Shown: piece by piece, positions 58,447 to 64,000 of the stretch
How positions within the stretch are numbered: the first letter of the stretch is position 1
Layout: every line of letters starts with the position of its first letter
From: Candidatus Bathyarchaeota archaeon B26-2
GTDB taxonomy: Archaea; Thermoproteota; Bathyarchaeia; Bathyarchaeales; B26-1
Direction: 5' to 3'
DNA: 64,000 nucleotides
Assembly: GCA_001593935.1 (NCBI GenBank)
Contig: LUCE01000019.1
Span: 35,491-99,490 of the forward strand
Translations under genes and position numbers: made by a program
The notes under the pieces: generated by a model
Seen by the model: only the letters and a program-made list of their open reading frames with translations
Databases searched by the model: none
Told to the model about the DNA's origin: nothing

Positions 58447-58549
58447 GGCGCTTTCATCCATAAGACGCGGCTACCCCTAAATCCCCAAGACTTATATCAC
58501 ATCTGACGTCAAAGGAGATAACCGAACAAGGTGTTGGAAGGCGACCGCG

Positions 58550-58804
58550 ATGTTTAGGAGGCGGGAAGAGATTAGGGAACGGCTGCTCAGAGTCATTGAG
58601 AGGTTCCGACAGAAAGGGGCTACAAGCCCCGAGAAGGCGATGACAACCGAGGAGCTGGGTCTCCCACCGAGGTTCAGAGAGGCTATGAAGGGACGTCTGG
58701 GCCAGGTAGGAATCTTCGTGGAGGTCAACGGCAAATACTACCTTTCAGAGGAAAGGTTAAGAGAAGTTAAGGAATGGCTAGCTTCGAGAGGGAGACCTTG
58801 GTGA
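58550..58804 (+). CDS. Small hypothetical protein, possibly winged-helix
   Basis: 84 aa, charged and helical at the N-terminus, then a beta-hairpin-like GIFVEVNGKYYL. No family recognised. Confidence 0.3.
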   Translation: MFRRREEIRERLLRVIERFRQKGATSPEKAMTTEELGLPPRFREAMKGRLGQVGIFVEVNGKYYLSEERLREVKEWLASRGRPW

Positions 58805-58889
58805 ACGAACACAAAAGACCGTAAATCCCCCTTGAGCATGGCATCGTTCAAGCCCATAACGAACCCACATCAAGTTTAGAGGTGATAGG

Positions 58890-59936
58890 ATGGAGAAACG
58901 TAAAGTAGTTACGATCGACGGCTTCGGCGTGATCTCCGTCCTCTCGGAGGACATTCCGAGGCCGTCGCGTGGCCAAGTTCTCGTCAGAGTCTCAAGGTCA
59001 CTTATCTCTCCCGGTACCGAGCTTGGGTGGGTGAAGAAGAGGAGGGAGAATCCAAACCCATCTATGGGACCGAAACCCTTCGGCTACGGAAACGCGGGTA
59101 TAGTGATAGAGAGAGGAGAAGACTGTGGAGAGATTCCTGTCGGTGCTAAACTCGCCTGTATGGGAGGCGGCTATGCTCTCCATACGACGCACGCATGTGT
59201 GCCGAAGAACTTGACGGAACCCGTCCCCGAAGGGGTGAGCTTCGAAGAGGCGGCTTTCGCCCACCTTGCGGCAACGAGCCTCCACGCCATCAGGAGAGCT
59301 CGTCTCGAGATTGGGGAGAACGTCCTAGTGGCGGGGCTCGGCATCGTGGGACAGCTCTGCGGTCAGTTCGCCAAGGCTTCTGGATGTCACGTGATGGGGA
59401 TGGACCTATATCCCCTACGCCTTGAGATAGCGGAGAGATGTGGGGTCGATTTAGCTATCAACCCGAAGGAGACAGACCCGGTTGAGGCGGCGAGAGAGTT
59501 CTCTAGGGGCTACGGGATAGACTGCGGCATAATCGCTTTCGGAGGCGATGCCACCGAGGCCTTCAAGCAGATCGTGAGGAGCCTTAAGGTTGCCCCGGAC
59601 ACGCATAGGATGGGTAGAATTGTTATCGTTGGAGGCGCCACAATTACCCATCAGTTTGCTTCAGCGCTTGGAAACGTCGACGTGAGGAGCTCCGCAAGGC
59701 CTGGTCCAGGCTACCACGACGTAGCTTGGGAGCACGGAGCCGACTATCCCCCAGTCTTCGTGCAGTGGACGACGAAGAGAAACCTTGAAGAGTGCCTAAG
59801 GTTCATCCAAGAAGGTAGAATAAACGTCAAAGACTTGATAACGCACCGTTTTCCGATCGACGAAGCCCCCGAGGCTTGCGAATTACTGATAAATCACCCA
59901 GAGTCGGCGTTAGGCGTGATCCTAGAGATGGAATAG
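58890..59936 (+). CDS. Medium-chain dehydrogenase/reductase (zinc-type alcohol/threonine dehydrogenase-like)
   Basis: GroES-like N-terminal domain, Rossmann VLVAGLGIVGQL. 348 aa. Confidence 0.75.
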   Translation: MEKRKVVTIDGFGVISVLSEDIPRPSRGQVLVRVSRSLISPGTELGWVKKRRENPNPSMGPKPFGYGNAGIVIERGEDCGEIPVGAKLACMGGGYALHTTHACVPKNLTEPVPEGVSFEEAAFAHLAATSLHAIRRARLEIGENVLVAGLGIVGQLCGQFAKASGCHVMGMDLYPLRLEIAERCGVDLAINPKETDPVEAAREFSRGYGIDCGIIAFGGDATEAFKQIVRSLKVAPDTHRMGRIVIVGGATITHQFASALGNVDVRSSARPGPGYHDVAWEHGADYPPVFVQWTTKRNLEECLRFIQEGRINVKDLITHRFPIDEAPEACELLINHPESALGVILEME

Positions 59937-59963
59937 AAACGTGGCCACACGTCCGTTAAGGGA

Positions 59964-61460
59964 TCAGTCACCGTTTCCAGGCTGCATGTGATACACGTAG
60001 ACGTTCATGTGGTCCTCTTCTAGGGTAACCCAGTAGCCGGCTCTCTTGATCTCCTCCATAGAGAGCCTAAGCCATTCTCCGAAGGACCCGCTCTCGGTGT
60101 TGTCTGGGTCCATTGGGCTCGTCCTCGTGTAGCCGCGGAGAGACGCTGTCTGGAGGAGCACGTACTTGGCAGCCCAGTAGTCGAGGGCGACGGGATCGGT
60201 GCTCGCTGCGATGACGTTAACCCTGACGGCGACCCTGTACGGCGTAGCTGGGCCGCTTCCAGCGTACCCGCGCGGAACCGGGTTCACCCATATGGCGTCG
60301 ATTATGTTCAACGTTGGCATTCTCGTCGCAGCCATCTGGGTTCCCATCCCACCGCTTCCAACAGAGTCGTGAGCTCGACCTCCCGAGATCTGACTCGTCA
60401 ACTTGTCCGAGACTACCCCCATGTAATGCTTAACGCAGGCCGTGACGCCGTATCCGCTGTGGGACTTCAAGACTGGAACGTTGATAACTTTAAGCCTCGA
60501 ACTCTCGTAGGTTTGGGTCTCCGGGTTCCAGACGCCCAGTTTGAAACTTATGTAGGTTCCGTACTTAGTTCTGAACTTGGGGTACGAGACGGCTATGTGT
60601 GTCCGAGGGTTCACCGTATCGTTCACGACGTACCCGTCCTCCAAGTCTCCCTCGTGGTACTCGTTCACCCTCTTGGTCGTTATCGTGTCCCAGAGGTAAG
60701 TCGAGACCTTGTAGGAGGCTGAGAAGGAGTCTACGACCTTCTGAACCGACTGAGACGTGTCCTCGGCGTTGTTCAGTCTCCAATCGAGGCTCCCGCCGCT
60801 CCCACCTGAGCCGTACTGATCTTGACCGTTATCCGCGACAACTATCTCCCCAACGAACCCGTCTGGATGGTTCACTATAGCCTCTATAATTGCCTTCAAC
60901 AGGTCCGTGTTGGTCCCGCCCCGCGCGTTCCACTGGCTATTAACTTTGATTATAACGACGTCGTCCTTAGCGATGAGGCCGTTAGGACCCTTGTTTAAAC
61001 CCGTCTCCGAAGATTTGTAGAAGGGTAATCCATGCTCACCCATCAGGTTTATGAGTTTCATGAACCCCTCGTCGTATCCCGTTGTACCATTCACAACGAA
61101 GATGCTTGAAGCTGGCTGGGACTCCGCAACCCACCCGTTCAGAGTCAAACCTACAATAGGCTCCTCAGAGGGTTTCATAACCTCTTGGATGTACCATGCT
61201 GTAGTTGAGCCGGTTACAACCGCTATCAGCCCGAGGAGTAGGAGCCTCCTCTTGGTTAGAGCCTCCCTTAGACTTGAGGTTTTCCTCGGAACCGCCAGTA
61301 GGAACGGAACCACGAACGTTGTGAGCCACAAGTAGCTGTTGGTAGCTGCAACCTTCTGGCATGGATAGGTGGCCCTTGTGGGTTTCGTCCCAGTTCGGAA
61401 GAGGAACCATATCAAGCTGATGAGACCCACGAAGAAGAAGCTTCTTCTAGCTCGCTCCAT
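59964..61460 (-). CDS. DUF362-domain protein with an N-terminal Tat-like/TM segment
   Basis: MERARRSFFFVGLISLIWFLF, then VIIKVNSQW, VPVLKSHSGYGVTACVKHYMG and IIDAIW. The first ~95 codons of the tracked ORF overlap the DUF488 gene and are rejected. Confidence 0.65.
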   Translation of the reverse strand: MERARRSFFFVGLISLIWFLFRTGTKPTRATYPCQKVAATNSYLWLTTFVVPFLLAVPRKTSSLREALTKRRLLLLGLIAVVTGSTTAWYIQEVMKPSEEPIVGLTLNGWVAESQPASSIFVVNGTTGYDEGFMKLINLMGEHGLPFYKSSETGLNKGPNGLIAKDDVVIIKVNSQWNARGGTNTDLLKAIIEAIVNHPDGFVGEIVVADNGQDQYGSGGSGGSLDWRLNNAEDTSQSVQKVVDSFSASYKVSTYLWDTITTKRVNEYHEGDLEDGYVVNDTVNPRTHIAVSYPKFRTKYGTYISFKLGVWNPETQTYESSRLKVINVPVLKSHSGYGVTACVKHYMGVVSDKLTSQISGGRAHDSVGSGGMGTQMAATRMPTLNIIDAIWVNPVPRGYAGSGPATPYRVAVRVNVIAASTDPVALDYWAAKYVLLQTASLRGYTRTSPMDPDNTESGSFGEWLRLSMEEIKRAGYWVTLEEDHMNVYVYHMQPGNGD

Positions 61461-61562
61461 GAGCCCTTTAAACGAGTTGAGTGAAAAACTTAACTTCATG
61501 GGAGACTTAATACGCATACGTCCATATATACATGTTGTCAGTGTCAAGTCGGGTCTTCGTTG

Positions 61563-61994
61563 ATGGAGGAGAGAGCGGTGAAGAACGTCATCGCCTTCGG
61601 TTATGCAGGGTTCAAGAAACTCAGCGAGGTTATAGAATTGCTGAGCAGGTTCGAAGTAGGGGTTCTCGTCGATGTTAGGAGGTTCCCCAAGAGCAAGAAC
61701 CCCCAGTTTACACGCGAGAGCCTCGAAGCTGAACTCCCTAAGCATGGCATCCGGTACATCTACATGGGCGAGTCTCTAGGAGGCTACAGGAGGGGAGGAT
61801 ACCAGAAGTACACAGAGACCGAGCATTACAGGGAGGGCGTAAGGCGTCTAGTAGAACTGGTTGAAGAGGCTGAAGGCGAGGGGAAAGGGGTAGCCGTGAT
61901 GTGCCTCGAGAGGAGAGCTCGATACTGCCATAGAAGATTCATAATTCAGACCCTCTCCGAGATGGGCATAGAGGTCGCAGAAGTGGAAGGCTGA
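61563..61994 (+). CDS. DUF488-family protein
   Basis: VLVDVRRFPKSKNPQFTRESLEAELPKHGIRYIYMGESLGG and CLERRARYCHR. Confidence 0.8.
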   Translation: MEERAVKNVIAFGYAGFKKLSEVIELLSRFEVGVLVDVRRFPKSKNPQFTRESLEAELPKHGIRYIYMGESLGGYRRGGYQKYTETEHYREGVRRLVELVEEAEGEGKGVAVMCLERRARYCHRRFIIQTLSEMGIEVAEVEG

Positions 61995-62010
61995 AGGAAC
62001 AGAAGAAGGC

Positions 62011-62910
62011 TCACGGATACTTTGAGGGATACCTCTCTTTTAGGGTCTCTCTAACCTTGCGGAAGCACCTCTCGATCAGCTGAGCGTAGTCGATCTTCAT
62101 CTTCCTCCTAAGCGTTGACCACTCCCTCTCTGCGTCGTGGAGGTTCCCCCGGCTGAGGTATCCGCAGAGCCTACTCATCCTATCGAGGAGAACCGGTATC
62201 TTGCCCTCTATGCATGCGGTGCCGGCCTTCCAAGCCATCTCTGAGGCCTCCTTGAACCTACCATCTAAGATTAGGAGGAAGCCCGAGAGGTTGTAGTGCC
62301 AAGCGGCCTCAAAGTATTCTTGAGCCTCGAAGTACTTGTCAGCTGCTCTGGAGTACTCTTCAGCCGTTTTCCCAATATCTTCTAGGAGCCATCTGCAGTT
62401 ACCCGCATCACGATGAAGGCCGCCTGAGAGGGCGAGCTTACCTTCCTCCTCAGCCTTCTCCGCAGCCCATCGGTAGCAGTCTCCCGCCCCCTCTAGGTCT
62501 CCCCTACCCTTGAGGAAGTCTCCGATACGTTTGAGGTCTAGGGCTGACCCCTCGAACCTTGGGGAACTCCTCCTCATGGCGTCGCAGTATTTGTGAACCA
62601 TAAGGTTGCATATTTCGGCTGATTCATGGTGTCCGGCGTCCCTGTAGCATTTAGCAGCCTTTATGTAGAGTAGGGACGCCTCAAGCTTTCCCTCGGACCT
62701 CCAGAGGTTCTCTGCAGCCTTCTTGTAGAACTCTCCAGCCTTACCCATGAACGTCCTGAACTTCTCCATGTCTCCTAAGAGCCCTGAGTAGGCTGCGGCC
62801 CTCTGCATAAGGCGGGCTGCGTCCTCATAGTTGCCTTGCTCTAGAGCTTCCTCAGCCGCCTTAACGAGTTTGAGGTGTTTCTCGTCCCTTCTCCTCGACA
62901 AGCCTCTCAT
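62011..62910 (-). CDS. TPR/SNAP-like helical repeat protein
   Basis: Repeated ~40-aa units with A..Y.KAA..Y spacing (AGEFYKKAAENL, LYIKAAKCYRDAG, AGDCYRWAAEKAEEEG, AEEYSRAADKYFEAQEY). Confidence 0.5.
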   Translation of the reverse strand: MRGLSRRRDEKHLKLVKAAEEALEQGNYEDAARLMQRAAAYSGLLGDMEKFRTFMGKAGEFYKKAAENLWRSEGKLEASLLYIKAAKCYRDAGHHESAEICNLMVHKYCDAMRRSSPRFEGSALDLKRIGDFLKGRGDLEGAGDCYRWAAEKAEEEGKLALSGGLHRDAGNCRWLLEDIGKTAEEYSRAADKYFEAQEYFEAAWHYNLSGFLLILDGRFKEASEMAWKAGTACIEGKIPVLLDRMSRLCGYLSRGNLHDAEREWSTLRRKMKIDYAQLIERCFRKVRETLKERYPSKYP

Positions 62911-63011
62911 CCGTCAGTGAGATACTTCTCTCAGAAGATTAAACATTTATGGCCTAGTGAGAACCGAAAGTCTTTATAAGTGTATGTTTAAAAGGCGGAG
63001 GTACCTCTCTT

Positions 63012-63578
63012 TTACTGGTCGTCCTTCGCGATCATAACCTCGGTTGCCTTGATCACAGCCTTCACTTGGTCTCCAACCTTTATATCCAGCTCTTCAACGG
63101 CTTCCCGGGAGATCAACGCTGTAACCAAGGTTGGGGCCTCTACCTCGACCTTCACTTTGGCGGTTATCTCTCCCTTCTCAACCTCCTTAACGATTCCTTT
63201 GAGGGTGTTTCTAGCGCTTATCCTCAATCCGACTGCCTCCCAATACTCTTCGTCGCCCAAGAGGCCGACCACGTAAGCCTCCATGCGGCGATATTCCCTC
63301 AGTAGGTTTTTCCCGAGCTCCGTGAGTTCGGCTCCTCCGCCTTTCTTTCCTCCCTTGAAGGCTCTAACGACGGGTCTTCCTAGAATCCTTCTCATCCTCT
63401 CTAGGTAGTTCCACACATACCTGTAGGACATGCCGAGTTTCTTGGATGCTCCCGAGATGGAGCCCTCATTTTCTATGGCTTCAAGTATGTCGGCTCCGCC
63501 TCTTCCTAGGAGGGGTCTCCCTTCATGCTCAAGCCAGATCTTGCAGACTGTTCTGCGTGAGGCTTTGTGGGCAGCCAT
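63012..63578 (-). CDS. ModE-like molybdate/tungstate-responsive regulator (HTH plus a single Mop/TOBE domain)
   Basis: SISGASKKLGMSYRYVWNYLERM HTH, and C-terminal ISARNTLKGIVKEVEKGEITAKVKVEV. Confidence 0.8.
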   Translation of the reverse strand: MAAHKASRRTVCKIWLEHEGRPLLGRGGADILEAIENEGSISGASKKLGMSYRYVWNYLERMRRILGRPVVRAFKGGKKGGGAELTELGKNLLREYRRMEAYVVGLLGDEEYWEAVGLRISARNTLKGIVKEVEKGEITAKVKVEVEAPTLVTALISREAVEELDIKVGDQVKAVIKATEVMIAKDDQ

Positions 63579-63628
63579 CCGGCATCCTCATGTAGTCCTT
63601 TAGGTCGAAAGGCTTATAAAATCTCTCT

Positions 63629-63654
63629 AACCGAAATATACGGTTATGCATAAC
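63629..63654. promoter_or_regulatory. Overlapping inverted repeats in the modE-like/tupA-like divergent promoter (candidate operator)
   Basis: AACCG-aaatata-CGGTT (63629-63645) and the perfect 12-bp palindrome GTTATGCATAAC (63643-63654). TTATAAAA at 63614-63621 is a candidate TATA for the + gene. Confidence 0.35.
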
Positions 63655-63665
63655 GGTGACCAACC

Positions 63666-64000
63666 ATGCGAAGGCTCACACCACTCTGGACCATAACCAT
63701 GATCTTGACGGCGTCGCTCTTAGCCGCTGGAACGGCCCACTATCTCCTCTCAACCTCTCAAAGGAGGAGGCTCATAATCTCCACAACCACGAGCCTATAC
63801 GATACAGGAATTCTAGAAGAGATAGAGAAGACCTTCGAAGAGAGATATCCCATAGACCTATACTTCATCTCTGTCGGGACGGGGCTGGCCATACAGCACG
63901 CCAAGAGGGGAGACGCCGACCTCGTCCTAGTCCACGCGCCATCGACAGAGCTGACCTTCCTGAGGGAGGGCTACGGTGTCAACCGAAAAATCTTTGCCTA
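63666..64000 (+). CDS. Tungstate/molybdate ABC transporter substrate-binding protein (TupA-like). The 3' end is cut by the window edge.
   Basis: My own translation from ATG 63666: MRRLTPLWTITMILTASLLAAG...LIISTTTSLYDTGILEEIEKTFEE...ISVGTGLAIQHAKRGDADLVLVHAP. It is absent from the ORF track because no stop falls inside the window. Confidence 0.7.
   Translation, partial: MRRLTPLWTITMILTASLLAAGTAHYLLSTSQRRRLIISTTTSLYDTGILEEIEKTFEERYPIDLYFISVGTGLAIQHAKRGDADLVLVHAPSTELTFLREGYGVNRKIFA

Noticed and set aside
61461-61745. N-terminal 95-codon extension of the DUF362 ORF
   Set aside because: It overlaps the DUF488 gene on the opposite strand and has no family similarity. The internal Met gives a sensible signal/anchor.
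1-64000. CRISPR arrays, rRNA genes, integrases, transposases, IS elements
   Set aside because: Reading both strands, I found no regularly spaced 24-40-nt repeats and no ORF with integrase (R..HxxR..Y) or DDE transposase signatures. Absence cannot be proven without computational repeat detection.

Overview
This 64 kb window looks like chromosomal DNA from an archaeon, probably a TACK/Thermoproteota-like heterotroph at roughly 53-56% GC. The archaeal markers are a proteasome beta subunit, FEN1, a DhnA-type class I aldolase/ADH synthase, TATA-type promoters, and a tRNA-Pro with encoded CCA. All protein calls come from reading motifs in the supplied translations by eye. No searches were run, so family names are hypotheses supported by the quoted motifs.

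Layout:
- 1-19.6 kb: housekeeping and central metabolism (purB, psmB, gcvH, a type I gap plus pgk, a TPP enzyme, an aldolase).
- 19.6-23.7 kb: a tightly coupled module of unknown function, preceded by an unusually long non-coding leader. It encodes a tail-anchored coiled-coil protein, a MoxR-type AAA+ ATPase, and an HExxH metallopeptidase-like/VWA fusion. This is my best candidate for an undescribed system.
- 23.7-30.6 kb: mixed genes (nitrilase, FmdE-like, zinc-ribbon/basic-tail protein, tautomerase, fen).
- 30.6-52.3 kb: a large cluster of signal-peptide-less glycan-processing genes. It holds GH36-like, GHL6-like, GH20-like and heparinase II/III-like proteins, a sulfatase-fold protein with Thr at the nucleophile position, ThuA, Gfo/Idh/MocA, an MFS transporter and a frameshifted GH-A gene, interspersed with URO-D-fold paralogues.
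- 52.8-56.8 kb: an AT-rich accessory patch. It is bounded by a 5'-truncated aldo/keto reductase on one side and by tRNA-Pro(UGG) plus a degenerate copy of the tRNA 3' half on the other. It carries two divergent secreted proteins with a shared N-terminal module and an orphan EncFtn-like ferritin.
- 57-64 kb: an MFS transporter, an MDR dehydrogenase, DUF362, DUF488, a TPR protein, and a divergent ModE-like/TupA-like pair.

I recognised no CRISPR array, rRNA gene, integrase or transposase.
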